From: Candidatus Poribacteria bacterium
GTDB taxonomy: Bacteria > Poribacteria > WGA-4E > PCPOR2b
Direction of reading: 5' to 3'
NCBI GenBank assembly: GCA_965208675.1
Contig: OZ242351.1
Coordinates: 3,168,001-3,232,000 of the forward strand
Length of the DNA stretch: 64,000 bases
The position numbers and the translations under genes were made by a program. This document shows, piece after piece, positions 48,129 to 58,704 of this stretch. Every line of letters begins with the position of its first letter. The stretch's first letter is position 1. The notes beneath the pieces were generated by a model. That model was not told the origin of the DNA and did no database searches. It worked only from the letters and a program-made list of their open reading frames with translations.

Positions 48129-49271
48129 TTGTTAACTTGGGGCCGCAATTTTCGGTTGTTGGCATGCGCAGTCTTTGGAACCGGCGTGTTTTTCGGAATC
48201 CAGACAGCGCTCTTTTACAACTTCATTGTGGATCGAATCGGTATCGATTCCGTTGAATTGGGCTATATGGAATCACTGCGGGAAGTGCCCGGATTCCTCA
48301 ACGCATTCTTTACCGCTATTACAATCTATTTTGCGCCGCCCATTCTCAGTGGAATCGCTCTCATCGTCATGGGATGTGGAATGGCGGCATACTCGCAGGC
48401 GAATGCATTCTTAGAGGTGCTCATCTACTCGTTCGTATGGAGCATCGGCTTTCACGCATGGCTGCCCCTGCGCGGTGCAATGACGTTAGCCTACTCCGAG
48501 GGAGACGAGAAGGGAAAATGGCTAGGTCAATTGAGAAGCGTGGAGAGTTTTGCTACGTTAGGGGCAATCTTGCTGTGCCTGCTCGCTGTGAACGCCTTAG
48601 AGTTTGAAGGGCTGTTTCAAATTGGCGGCGCGTTAGTTGCTGTCGGCGGAGTAATTTTGATGTTCGCTTCGCGTCAGTTACAAGCGGAACGCGAGCCTCG
48701 GCTTGTGCTCCGGAAACGCTATTGGCTCTATTATCTATTATCCTTCCTTCAAGGATGCCGCAGGCAAATTTTCATTACTTTTGCGATATTCGCGCTTGTC
48801 AAAGTGTACGGCACCGATAGAAATCTGATTATTAGACTCGTCCTGATTAATCAGGTCGTAGTGCTGGTTGTGGCTCCAATTGCAGGTCAACTTATCGACA
48901 AACTCGGCGAACGCAAGATGTTGAGCGCCAGTTATATCGGCTTATTTTTCGTGTTCATAGGTTATGCGGTGCTGCATAATGCAAACCATTTGTATATCCT
49001 ATACTGTATTGATAATTTCTTGTTTATTGGAGGTATCGCGCTAACCACCTACCTGAACAAAATCGCGCCGAAAAGCGATCTCAAGCCAACGCTCGCGATG
49101 GGCGTAACCATGAACCATGTCGCTGCAGTCGCGGTACCGCTAATCGGCGGACTCGCATGGAAACATTTTGGCTATCAAGTCATCTTCATTAGCGGCGCAG
49201 TTTTCGTGTTAATCTCGTTGATAGTCACACAGTGGATTAAAACGGGAAGAAGCAGTGCCGGTGGAGAGTGA
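48129..49271 (+). CDS. MFS transporter
   Basis: About 12 hydrophobic helices, ESLREVPG, and G.LIDKLGER.ML (motif A-like). Confidence 0.88.
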   Translation: MLTWGRNFRLLACAVFGTGVFFGIQTALFYNFIVDRIGIDSVELGYMESLREVPGFLNAFFTAITIYFAPPILSGIALIVMGCGMAAYSQANAFLEVLIYSFVWSIGFHAWLPLRGAMTLAYSEGDEKGKWLGQLRSVESFATLGAILLCLLAVNALEFEGLFQIGGALVAVGGVILMFASRQLQAEREPRLVLRKRYWLYYLLSFLQGCRRQIFITFAIFALVKVYGTDRNLIIRLVLINQVVVLVVAPIAGQLIDKLGERKMLSASYIGLFFVFIGYAVLHNANHLYILYCIDNFLFIGGIALTTYLNKIAPKSDLKPTLAMGVTMNHVAAVAVPLIGGLAWKHFGYQVIFISGAVFVLISLIVTQWIKTGRSSAGGE

Positions 49272-49350
49272 CGAGTGGGGGAGAAAACGAGAAAACGGAA
49301 AGACGTGAGCCGCCAGTAGCCACTGACCACTGGCTACTGGCACTGTTTTT

Positions 49351-49902
49351 TCAGTCAAGGGTTTTTACTTTCCCGAATTTATCAGTAACGGCGACCGCCC
49401 CGCCGTCTTCACTAATACCAATCGCCACCCCCGATTTCTCGTCCTTACCCAAGACACCGACAAAACCACCGTTTGACCCGTAATCGAGCGACGCCACCGG
49501 TTTCCCGTCTTTGTTCCGGACCTCGACAATCCCGCCGTGTTCACCGATACCAAGCCACGCCATCGATTCCCCGTCCTTACCCTTAGCAGTCACACGCCCG
49601 CTGTCTTCGTCGGATTGGAGAATCACCCGGAATTCCCCGTCCTTGCCCAAGACTCCGACACGCCCGCCGTGTTCATCACCAATGACACTCACCTTTGCGT
49701 CGGTTTCCAGCACGCTTGCGTATGTTCTTGTAGTGAGAAACACCCTCACCTTGCCTGACGCATCAACGACTCTCAAACTTGTGCACTCAATATCCCCGAA
49801 TTTATCGCGTTGCGCTGTCACTGACGACACCGCCAACGCCGTGATGATACTGCCTACAATACCGCCAATGATACCGCTGATAACCTGATGTTTCGTGTGC
49901 AT
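49351..49902 (-). CDS. Secreted hypothetical protein with ~21-aa beta-hairpin repeats
   Basis: AAGGAG SD before ATG 49902; signal peptide ending VTA-Q; repeats of the form (E/D)HGG.V.V.GKDG. Confidence 0.7.
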   Translation of the reverse strand: MHTKHQVISGIIGGIVGSIITALAVSSVTAQRDKFGDIECTSLRVVDASGKVRVFLTTRTYASVLETDAKVSVIGDEHGGRVGVLGKDGEFRVILQSDEDSGRVTAKGKDGESMAWLGIGEHGGIVEVRNKDGKPVASLDYGSNGGFVGVLGKDEKSGVAIGISEDGGAVAVTDKFGKVKTLD

Positions 49903-50106
49903 TGTAATCTCCTTTTGGGTTGGGTTAGCTACGAGAATCAACTTCAGACGCTACACCTTCCGTAGGCGGGGCATCTTGCCCCGCATTCATGTCGCCTGTC
50001 CATTGGAATTTCTACTTTTGAGTCGGGTTAGCTACAAAAATCATCTTAGGTAGTCAATATCGAGGCCAGGAAGCCTCTCCCACAAGCCAAATTCGGTCGG
50101 TTGATC

Positions 50107-53100
50107 TCACTGAAATTCGCCGCGCACCGTCACTGAACTCGCAATTGATAAGAAATCCCGCCCCTCCTCGACATGGTCGTTGTTATAGCTGAGACCGAGA
50201 TTCAAATTCGCAGTCAGGCGCGTGCTTAGGTTGTACCGCGTTCGTAACGTCGTCTCGTAACGTTCCGATCTCTCCTCCCGATTCTTCCCATAGTTCTCCC
50301 GGCGGATAACCGTAGACAACGTATTCGTGAGATCCAAATCGTGCTTGAGAGGGATTCGCCCCAGAATCGGTATCGGAAGTCCTCCCTCTAAACGAAGCTT
50401 GTAGTCAATGCTGAGATTCGGCGTGATTATCAGCGCCGAACTGTCAATCCCGCCGCCGCGAACCTGGTCTCGCATCGTCATGCGAACACCCAGCGCACCC
50501 CGCGTTGATGCCCCCAGCGACTGGGTCCAACTGACGGACGGTTCTTGGGAGACACTCTCGTTTATCGTCGTATTGATGTTACTCTGATCCCGCTGCGTAT
50601 GCCGGTATCTTAACTGCAAGCTCGAACTGGCGTTAAACAACAGTTTGATGTTGCCTTCGTAGCTTATTGTCAGGTTGTCGGACGAAGTGCTTAAGGATTT
50701 CGTAAAACCCTTGCCGCGGGAGACGTTTGTGCCGAGCGACATCCACGACCATGGATCGACCGAAGTCCGAAATCCATACCGGTTTCTCTGCCGAGATTGG
50801 CTGCGCTCCGGTGTGTCGGCTGGAAGTTCCAGAATATCTCGAATTGAGGTTCCCGGTGCGAGCCGCTGAAGGGAGTCTTGCGTATCAAAACTAACATCAG
50901 CGTTTAACGCAAGACTCTCCATACTTCGACGAAGTAGACCGGATTGCCCATCACCCTGTTTGCCCTGCCTCTCCTTCAGCTTGCGCTCTAGTTCAGCTTT
51001 GTCTCGGGAAATCCAATCTCCTCTTTGGCTCTCTGCCTCTTCGAGCATGTCCATATCAACATCCATACGTTCAAGTCGATCCAGCTCGCGCTGCCGTTTC
51101 TCTTCGAGTTTTATCTCTTCTTCAAAGCTGTCGAGTGTCTCTTGGTTTTTTTCATCCAAAACTTTCGCCTTCGCTGTTCGGTTAGAACTATCTTCCTCCC
51201 TATTCGGTCGGTCGATCCCGTCTCCAATCGTTTCAATATTCGCATCTCGGAACAGCCATCCAAACCATACTCTTGGGCGCATACTAAGGCCAAAGCGGAT
51301 ATTCGCGTTGATTCGGGCGTTCTTCTGATCGCGAAACCAGTCTTCACGTAAACTGATACGGTTGCTGATTGTTGGACGAATGCCAAAAAAATCGCGGTTC
51401 AATCGCGGGTTCAAAGACATCCGATGTTCACGTCCGCCAATGGTAAACTCCGATTTGGTTTCGGGTGACTCAGGCTCAGCCGTCATGGATAGGTTGGTTG
51501 TTACCGGCGTTGTTTGGAACGGTGTTCCAAAACTAGTGGCACCGAACCCGCTTGTACGATTGAGATTATCATCGCGCCTTTCAAGCGTACGGCTAACCTC
51601 GTAGGTCGGATTCAGGCTGAAGCTTGCAACCGGACTGATATTGATTGAGATTGAGCCGCTGTCAACTTTCTCGTCTCGGTTACGTCCGTAACCATAACCA
51701 AAGGATGAAAAACTGCTGCCGCCGGACTCTGTTGCCGTAGATGGATCGACCTCAACGTCTTCGTGTCGGTACTGCACATCAAGCCCGAAGATTTGGCCAA
51801 GTCCGTATTGGAAGGTGGATGTATAGAGATTGCTAACCTCGGTCCCCTGGCGTTCGTTCCAGAAATTCTGTCGATTGTAAGCAAAACCCAAGGCGGGCAC
51901 GTATCGGTGCGGATTAAAGCGGGCGGACACATCGCGGTTATGCGTTTTGCTTTTCCCGCTTTGAAACGTGCTAAACGATCCGCGGCGGCTCTCCGTCTCA
52001 GATTCCTGTTCGCGGATGGAGTAGGAAATTGGCAGCCAGCGGAAAAGATGGAGATCGGCATCTATGTTGTAATCGTTGCTGGTTGTGCTAAACCCTAAAT
52101 CCTGCCTGCGTTGCCGCCCTGTTTGTCCGGATGAACTTTCAAAATCCTTGTCTTGTCTTGCAAATCCGCCGCGAACACTGAGAAAAGGACCAAGTTCTAT
52201 AGACATGTTGGCGCGCCGCGCCCAGCCCGACCGCACGAGTGGATCACTCAAGTGGATTTCGTTAACCCAAACTTCCCCGCCAACCTCATGTTCCGTGTCG
52301 TTGCGAATGCCGACCAAGATACCGCCGATGCTCTTAATTGAAAGTTGAGAACTGTTTGTACCACGGATGACTAACCCGTCCGGATGGCCGTCAGTTTCGT
52401 TTGAATCGACCGGCTCCTCAATCTCCCCTTCAATGGTGTCAAGCGATTCTTCCTCCTGTGCCGCAGGCAGGTTTAAATCTGGGTATTCATTCCGTTTCAC
52501 ATCCTCCAGATCGATTTCAATCAGTTCCCAACCTTCAAAATCAATCACGCGCGTATATTCATAAAAGTCGTTAAGATTCTCAAAGATATTCACCCCTTCC
52601 TCCGGTTCCCGACTCGGTTCATCAAAAGAGCCCGAAGAATAAAAGGACGATCGGTAATTGGTGCGAATGCTCGGCGCCAACCGCATCACAAATGTCGAGT
52701 GGCTCTTGTCCCCGTAAATCCACAGCTTGAGTTTATCATGTTTTGAGAAATCTTGGCCCTCGCCCTGGCGAAGACCCCGCAACTTTTGCGAAGTAACTCC
52801 GAATGAACCCGGAAGTAAATTGTAGGTTAAAGTCAGAGTTTGTTCGCGCTGTTCCTGTTGAAAACCAAAAACACTGCTCGATACAAACGGATGGAGTTTC
52901 TTAAATGCCTTGTTGTCTTTAATCTGGTCGTAGGCATCTTGATAATCATCAAAGTTATAGTTGTCTTTCGTGGCAACAGTAAACACTTCTGCCGTCTCAG
53001 TAACGACGTTTCCCTGCTGAGTGACAACGCCCTGTTGCCATTGGTTTCCTACGAGTTCAATCGAAGCCCACTCCATAGTCCCATTAACAGTGCCGGGGCG

Positions 53101-56100
53101 GTTCTTCCGCAGCCAAAAACGGAGATGTTGCACAAACCCTAAGTTTGGGAGACGGCTACCCGCAGACGCCGCTTCCCGCAGCGGAATGCTCAAGAAGGTC
53201 CAACCGCTCTGGTTACGTTTTTTGACCCACTCTTCCGGAATATCGTTCAGCGGGATGGCAATCTCAAGGTAAGCGTCAATTGTGTCCAGAACCCCGTCGC
53301 CGTTCAAATCTTCAGTATCGAACTCTTTATTGTCGGCGCCAACCCGCCTCGGTTGGAGTGAAGCATCATAATCCCATCCTTCATCTTCGCCGGTGTCGAG
53401 CGATCCGTTCGCACTGAATTTTTGGGATGGCGGCAAATTTTCCAAATCTAAGTCTAGCGTATCAACTTTCCCGTCCCCGTTAGTATCTTCCAACTCCTTC
53501 GGAAGATCCTCTGAATCAAGTCGGTTGTCAAAATCGCTGTCCTCGCTGACAACACCGAGATCTAGATATAACGTAACATCATCATCGCCGCGCACACGCA
53601 ACCAAATTTCCAACGCCTCTCGATCTGAAAAATCAGCCCCCGAGGCTGATAGTCCATACGAAAATCCGCCCCACTCTTCAATGACATCCGTGAAATCATA
53701 CCCGACCTCCATCACAAGACGCTGCTCCGTCGATAGTGCGAACGGGTTTATGGAGGATGCCGGTACGTCACGGTTCCGCATGTAATTGCCGACAGCCTTG
53801 GAATCGTCTTTATCTCTTAGCAGGACGCGAAAGAGCGCGCGATTCTCCGGCGTCAATTCTTCTATGAATGGCGGACTGCAAACGCGCCAACTATGCTTAA
53901 ACGTAGACACGCTTGTCGCCTCTCTCGCGCCTTCCATGCTATCAATTAACGCGACCCCCACGCTGTTTGGGTTGTTATGGGAGAATGCCGTCTCGCCGCT
54001 GAAATCAATCGACAGTGGAAAGTGCTTCACGGTAACGAACGGCATTGGATTGAACAGCCATGCGAGGTTGAAGCTACGCCCGAAACTCGTATTGACGTTG
54101 AACGCTTGCAGACGATTAGGCGCATCGTTCACATCAGGAATACGGCTCGGCTTCTGCCCAGTATTCAGAATATAACCCGTTGACAGGCTAAATCCTTTTC
54201 GGAATACCGGGTTAAAATACGAACTTGCGCCCGTGTTAAGCCGCCGCCGGGAACGTCCGCTCAAGCTTGAGTAATCGCTGCCAAAGCCGCCTCCAAAGCC
54301 GCCGCGCCCGAATTGATTGCCAAAACCGCCAAAGGAGGCTCCCTGCCTAAAGCGATTGCTCTCTTCGCGTCTATCAAGACCGCCGCCTAGCCGCTCAAAT
54401 CGATTAGATTGACCTTCTTCGGCAGGTGTCTTCGACTTGGGGACGTAAGCGTATTCCAACCATACGCCAGCGACGGTTTGCTGCAACGCGCTGCCGAAAG
54501 GCGTGCGCTCAAATTCAACCTCGATTTCATCATATTCATCTAGCTTGGTAAAGAAGCGGAGGCTCCCCACCTCATAAATCATTGTGTAATCAATATCACG
54601 CTGTAGTAGGCGATTGTTAAGGCGCACCTTTTCGCTGCCCGGAATCACAAAGAGACCCACGTTGTAAGTTTCGGATTGGTAGGCGTAGTCGCACACTATT
54701 GTGTACACCTGATCACTGGGACGCGGGTTTTCAAGGTAAATCAGTTCGTTGTTCAGTTGTTCACGGAACGGGTAGTACGGGCTGGCCGGTTCTTCGATTA
54801 CAAACGGCCGCAAACTGGGAAAGATTAAGAGGCCGCGGTCAAAATCAATAAACTCCGGATCGACAACCCCGTCCCCGTTAGTATCTAGTCCAAATATTTG
54901 AATATAAGGAATCGGCCCGTCTGGCGTCTCGAACGCTTCACTGCCGCCCTGCTGCCAAATCGCAATCTGATAATCGCGAGGGTTGATATTTCGGTTGCCG
55001 AGGCTGTACACACGGCGCGCTTCAGTGCCGCGCAAACTTTTTTCTTTGAGGACTACGTAACCAACTTCTTCGCCCTCTTCATCAATCGAACCATCGCCGT
55101 TTTCATCTTCAAAGACATTACCCGGTTTCCCTACAACGCCTCCGCCATCCCCGAGATACTCATAGGCAACGACAATTCGGTAACTTGGTGAAATTTGCGT
55201 TAGGAATTCAATCTCTCCAGTTTCATAATCGATGTTATAGTCCTGGCCCGGGAATTGGAGGTTGAAATATCCCTGCACCGTCCGCTGGCCGCCTTGATTG
55301 TTGCCCGCAACGTTATCATCAATGTAAATTTCTTCGCTCCCCTTTTTTATTGGAGGATAGGAGCCGTGGAGTAGGCCGTCTTCACCCAGTGAAATTAAGT
55401 AGAAACGCTCTTTAACGTAGTTTGCATCGGGAATCTGAACGCCGCCGCCATACCCCGAACCCGCACGCCTTGATTGTCCGCTGAAGCGGCGTGTCTCGGA
55501 TATGCCTTTGCTGCGCGAGCCAAACGCCGTCATTTTGACATCACCCAGCGCCGCGACAGCTTCGAGCCCGAATAAATTCCGGTTGACGTTCAGGAAACGA
55601 GTGTTTGGCAAATTCAGTGTAATGTCGCCAAAAGAGAGAGTTTTGAGGATGCTGTCCTGTCCGCCCTGGTACCAAACCCGAATTTTCTGTTCCTTCGCGC
55701 CGCCGAATCCGCCGCTGTAGCCTCCATAGCCGCCATAACCGCCGCCCAATGCATCACCGGAATCGCTATAATCAACCTCGACGTGTGTATGTTCCCCCAC
55801 TCGACCGTGCAGGCCGACTTGGAGGGTTTGTCGGATAGTCGGTCCGGAGGCGCGGGGTACACCCCCAAAACGGGTCGTTCCAAAACCCCCGCCGAACCCA
55901 CTGCCATAGCCGCCGCCGTAACCGGTACTCCCATAGCCTCCGCCGAATCCACCCCCGAAATCGTCATAGCTGTCGTAGCCGTAAGAAGAGGTCAATCCCA
56001 GATCCAGCCCAGAACCGAAACCGCCCTGGTACCCGCCCCCGAAGCGGTTAATGTCGCCCTGACCGAAGTAGTGCGTATGATTCATTTCAACGGTTACCGA

Positions 56101-56643
56101 TTTGTGTCCTGTAATCTGCAGGGTAGAATTCAGAGGCAGTACCAACCCTTTCTCTTCCTTTCCCGGCTCGTTATCGCGCAGTCGGTACAAATCTCGAGGT
56201 TCAATCGCGAAGGGAGAATCCTTCCACCGTCGCAGCGCCTCAAGGTATGGCGTCACCATCTCTAGGGACGGCTCTTCTTCCGGTGTGGACTCGAGTCTTG
56301 CATCCACTTTCCATGGATCGGCCCATGTTTTGCGCGGGGATTTATACCTTCTGAAAAAATCGAGAGCGGGCGCCGTACTTTCCGACGATGATTCATAATT
56401 CTGCTTCACCGACCCATCAGAATCTTCTTCTCCAAAGGTCTGTGTGGTGTCCTCAGATTCTTCCTCATTGTCCTTTGGCGGCACCGTGCGAAGTTCCAAA
56501 TAACGATGGGTTAAGGCGGCATCTTTGCGGACAGGTTCCGCCTGGACGCGGGTGATAGAAGAGATAACCAAAATCACTCCGGAAGCGATAAGCATGAAGC
56601 GTGGAACCGAACGTTCCGTGATGGGATTTGTTTTAGACTTCAT
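50107..56643 (-). CDS. sprA: SprA-like (T9SS translocon / cell surface protein SprA) outer-membrane beta-barrel
   Basis: Signal peptide; SprA-like blocks GRVGEHTHVEVDY, KIRVWYQG..DSIL.....GDI.L.LP......NLFG, PGSEKV......L.RDIDY...YE.G, GE.A....N..GVALIDSMEG, GEVWVNEI.L.....GWA; C-terminal beta-strands ending GEFQ. Confidence 0.8.
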   Translation of the reverse strand: MKSKTNPITERSVPRFMLIASGVILVISSITRVQAEPVRKDAALTHRYLELRTVPPKDNEEESEDTTQTFGEEDSDGSVKQNYESSSESTAPALDFFRRYKSPRKTWADPWKVDARLESTPEEEPSLEMVTPYLEALRRWKDSPFAIEPRDLYRLRDNEPGKEEKGLVLPLNSTLQITGHKSVTVEMNHTHYFGQGDINRFGGGYQGGFGSGLDLGLTSSYGYDSYDDFGGGFGGGYGSTGYGGGYGSGFGGGFGTTRFGGVPRASGPTIRQTLQVGLHGRVGEHTHVEVDYSDSGDALGGGYGGYGGYSGGFGGAKEQKIRVWYQGGQDSILKTLSFGDITLNLPNTRFLNVNRNLFGLEAVAALGDVKMTAFGSRSKGISETRRFSGQSRRAGSGYGGGVQIPDANYVKERFYLISLGEDGLLHGSYPPIKKGSEEIYIDDNVAGNNQGGQRTVQGYFNLQFPGQDYNIDYETGEIEFLTQISPSYRIVVAYEYLGDGGGVVGKPGNVFEDENGDGSIDEEGEEVGYVVLKEKSLRGTEARRVYSLGNRNINPRDYQIAIWQQGGSEAFETPDGPIPYIQIFGLDTNGDGVVDPEFIDFDRGLLIFPSLRPFVIEEPASPYYPFREQLNNELIYLENPRPSDQVYTIVCDYAYQSETYNVGLFVIPGSEKVRLNNRLLQRDIDYTMIYEVGSLRFFTKLDEYDEIEVEFERTPFGSALQQTVAGVWLEYAYVPKSKTPAEEGQSNRFERLGGGLDRREESNRFRQGASFGGFGNQFGRGGFGGGFGSDYSSLSGRSRRRLNTGASSYFNPVFRKGFSLSTGYILNTGQKPSRIPDVNDAPNRLQAFNVNTSFGRSFNLAWLFNPMPFVTVKHFPLSIDFSGETAFSHNNPNSVGVALIDSMEGAREATSVSTFKHSWRVCSPPFIEELTPENRALFRVLLRDKDDSKAVGNYMRNRDVPASSINPFALSTEQRLVMEVGYDFTDVIEEWGGFSYGLSASGADFSDREALEIWLRVRGDDDVTLYLDLGVVSEDSDFDNRLDSEDLPKELEDTNGDGKVDTLDLDLENLPPSQKFSANGSLDTGEDEGWDYDASLQPRRVGADNKEFDTEDLNGDGVLDTIDAYLEIAIPLNDIPEEWVKKRNQSGWTFLSIPLREAASAGSRLPNLGFVQHLRFWLRKNRPGTVNGTMEWASIELVGNQWQQGVVTQQGNVVTETAEVFTVATKDNYNFDDYQDAYDQIKDNKAFKKLHPFVSSSVFGFQQEQREQTLTLTYNLLPGSFGVTSQKLRGLRQGEGQDFSKHDKLKLWIYGDKSHSTFVMRLAPSIRTNYRSSFYSSGSFDEPSREPEEGVNIFENLNDFYEYTRVIDFEGWELIEIDLEDVKRNEYPDLNLPAAQEEESLDTIEGEIEEPVDSNETDGHPDGLVIRGTNSSQLSIKSIGGILVGIRNDTEHEVGGEVWVNEIHLSDPLVRSGWARRANMSIELGPFLSVRGGFARQDKDFESSSGQTGRQRRQDLGFSTTSNDYNIDADLHLFRWLPISYSIREQESETESRRGSFSTFQSGKSKTHNRDVSARFNPHRYVPALGFAYNRQNFWNERQGTEVSNLYTSTFQYGLGQIFGLDVQYRHEDVEVDPSTATESGGSSFSSFGYGYGRNRDEKVDSGSISINISPVASFSLNPTYEVSRTLERRDDNLNRTSGFGATSFGTPFQTTPVTTNLSMTAEPESPETKSEFTIGGREHRMSLNPRLNRDFFGIRPTISNRISLREDWFRDQKNARINANIRFGLSMRPRVWFGWLFRDANIETIGDGIDRPNREEDSSNRTAKAKVLDEKNQETLDSFEEEIKLEEKRQRELDRLERMDVDMDMLEEAESQRGDWISRDKAELERKLKERQGKQGDGQSGLLRRSMESLALNADVSFDTQDSLQRLAPGTSIRDILELPADTPERSQSRQRNRYGFRTSVDPWSWMSLGTNVSRGKGFTKSLSTSSDNLTISYEGNIKLLFNASSSLQLRYRHTQRDQSNINTTINESVSQEPSVSWTQSLGASTRGALGVRMTMRDQVRGGGIDSSALIITPNLSIDYKLRLEGGLPIPILGRIPLKHDLDLTNTLSTVIRRENYGKNREERSERYETTLRTRYNLSTRLTANLNLGLSYNNDHVEEGRDFLSIASSVTVRGEFQ

Positions 56644-56931
56644 AGAATCTGGGAATGGAACACGTCGTTAGTTTGTAACCACGGTTCTAAATGAATTGAT
56701 AACGATAAGGCTAGGGATTAAACGGGAAAACGAAAAGGCTAGTTTACCGCGGGAATGGAAGATTGGGAGGTGAGTGAGGCAATCTTGCCCTTCTTGATGC
56801 CTTTAAGCGATTATGGTAGAATCCTCACGTGGTTTTTGTGTACAGAATCCGAATCAAGACAAAAGAAAATACATAATCAAGCGAACCATTCCCTCTTGAG
56901 ATCCGCCTAATAGCGTGAAGAGATTTTAATA

Positions 56932-58605
56932 ATGAGTCGAATCCCAGACAGAGAACTGATTAAACGGAGTATTGATGGTGACAGCCAAGCTTTCTCGATC
57001 CTGATAAAACGTGTTGAGACGCCGCTGGTGAAGCTTGTCAAATCCAAAATCCCTGACCCTGCATCTGCCGAGGATGTCCTACAAGAAGTACTTTTGGATG
57101 TGTGGCAAGGTTTAAAGGGACTTCGGGACCCGGACCGGTGGGCTGCATGGGTCATGCAGATTGCTCGAAACCGATGTCATGATTTCTTCCGGTTAGCTCA
57201 GCGTCGAGAGGCGCCCATGGCGAATTGCGATCTTGAACCCATCCTCAATAGACAAAGTCAACACGGTAGCTTTCAGACCGATCTGCTTGATACTGTGCTC
57301 CAAACCCTGTCCCAAGCGCCGCCGGATCATGTCGAAGCCGCTCACCTATTCTATCTTGAAGGATTAACCATCAGACAAATTGCAGTGCAGTTGGGAAAGC
57401 CGGAAGGAACGATCAAGCGATGGCTTTCCCACACTCGTAGTTTTGTTAGGAATCGCCTCGGATTGAGGCAGATGAGAATCGAAAGGAGGAAGACCATGAC
57501 TTCCGCTAGCCCTTTAACCGGCAACTACCCTCAACAGAATACCCTCTGTTTACCGCCCGGCGCTGTCGCCAGGTTCGGCAAAGACGGAAAGGATCTACCA
57601 GTTCAAGACTCTCAAGAGATTAACCGCTGGATTGCCACTTTTTCACGCAATGGGGAGCACCTCGTCGGTCTCGACACAGACTACTCTCTGACGCTGTGGG
57701 ATATTGAAAACGGGGAAAAAATCCGGACACTTGAGCAAGTTACAGGGCATAGTTTGCATGTTAATTTATCCCGAGGGGAAACTGTAGCCTGCTCATCCGA
57801 TGGGCGCTTTCTGGTTATCAGTTTTTTTACAACCGGCGGGCAAGAAACAGTCAGATTGTGGAAGGACGGGACTATCGCGGACTTCACACCGGAACAACCT
57901 GTATTTACTGCGGCGGTATCACCGGATGGTCAACTCATGGCAACTGGCGGCTGGGATAGAACAGTCACACTCTGGAGTGTGGAAACCCAAACCGTCTATC
58001 GAACTCTGAAAGGCCATATAGGCGAAATCTACGTGCTTGCGTTTTCGCCCGACGGAAAATTTCTAGTAAGTGGAGGAGCGGACAATTGGATAGAACATCC
58101 AGAGAGTGTAGCTAGAAACACAGACGGTGAACTTGTGTTTATTATGAAAGAGGGTATATCTCATTTTTTTACCCCTGATGAGAACCATATTGACAAGACC
58201 GCCAGAGTTTGGGAAGTCGCCACGGGCAAAAATATTGCCACGCTCGAAAACCCGTCCCAGGTTAGAGCGGTTGCGTTTTCACCCGATGGACATCATGTCG
58301 CCGCCGCTTCAAATGGACATGTTAATCTGTGGCATACAGGGACATGGCAAAAGACGGCGACATTTGATGTCAGAAAGGTTATGTCTATTGCGTTTTCGCC
58401 GGACGGCTCCCGCCTCGCCACCGGCGGAACTTTGCCGGAGCAAACCATTAGGCTGTGGGATGTAGAAACAGGAAACCTCGTTGCTGAATTTTCAGGACAT
58501 AAGAGCCAAGTTGAATCTCTCGCCTTTTCCCCCGATGGTCGTCTGCTCGCAAGCGGCAGTTTTGACCGCACTATCCTGCTGTGGGATGTCACACTGCACT
58601 CCTAA
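56932..58605 (+). CDS. ECF sigma factor fused to a WD40 beta-propeller
   Basis: AEDVLQEV, W...IARNRC.D, GLTIRQIA..LGKPEGTIK (aa 1-188), then WD40 repeats (GH...V..LAFSPDG..LASGS.D.TI.LWD). Confidence 0.9.
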   Translation: MSRIPDRELIKRSIDGDSQAFSILIKRVETPLVKLVKSKIPDPASAEDVLQEVLLDVWQGLKGLRDPDRWAAWVMQIARNRCHDFFRLAQRREAPMANCDLEPILNRQSQHGSFQTDLLDTVLQTLSQAPPDHVEAAHLFYLEGLTIRQIAVQLGKPEGTIKRWLSHTRSFVRNRLGLRQMRIERRKTMTSASPLTGNYPQQNTLCLPPGAVARFGKDGKDLPVQDSQEINRWIATFSRNGEHLVGLDTDYSLTLWDIENGEKIRTLEQVTGHSLHVNLSRGETVACSSDGRFLVISFFTTGGQETVRLWKDGTIADFTPEQPVFTAAVSPDGQLMATGGWDRTVTLWSVETQTVYRTLKGHIGEIYVLAFSPDGKFLVSGGADNWIEHPESVARNTDGELVFIMKEGISHFFTPDENHIDKTARVWEVATGKNIATLENPSQVRAVAFSPDGHHVAAASNGHVNLWHTGTWQKTATFDVRKVMSIAFSPDGSRLATGGTLPEQTIRLWDVETGNLVAEFSGHKSQVESLAFSPDGRLLASGSFDRTILLWDVTLHS

Positions 58606-58704
58606 CATGGTTAACTTCACGCCTGCCCGGCGCCCAGCCGAGATATGCCAATAGGACGCACCCATTTTTTGGAAAACGGTTTTGCGTGGAAAAACAACCT
58701 CATA

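Noticed and set aside
58645-58704. N-terminal extension of the sigma-LRR gene
   Set aside because: Alignment with the paralog starts at MSRIPD (58705).
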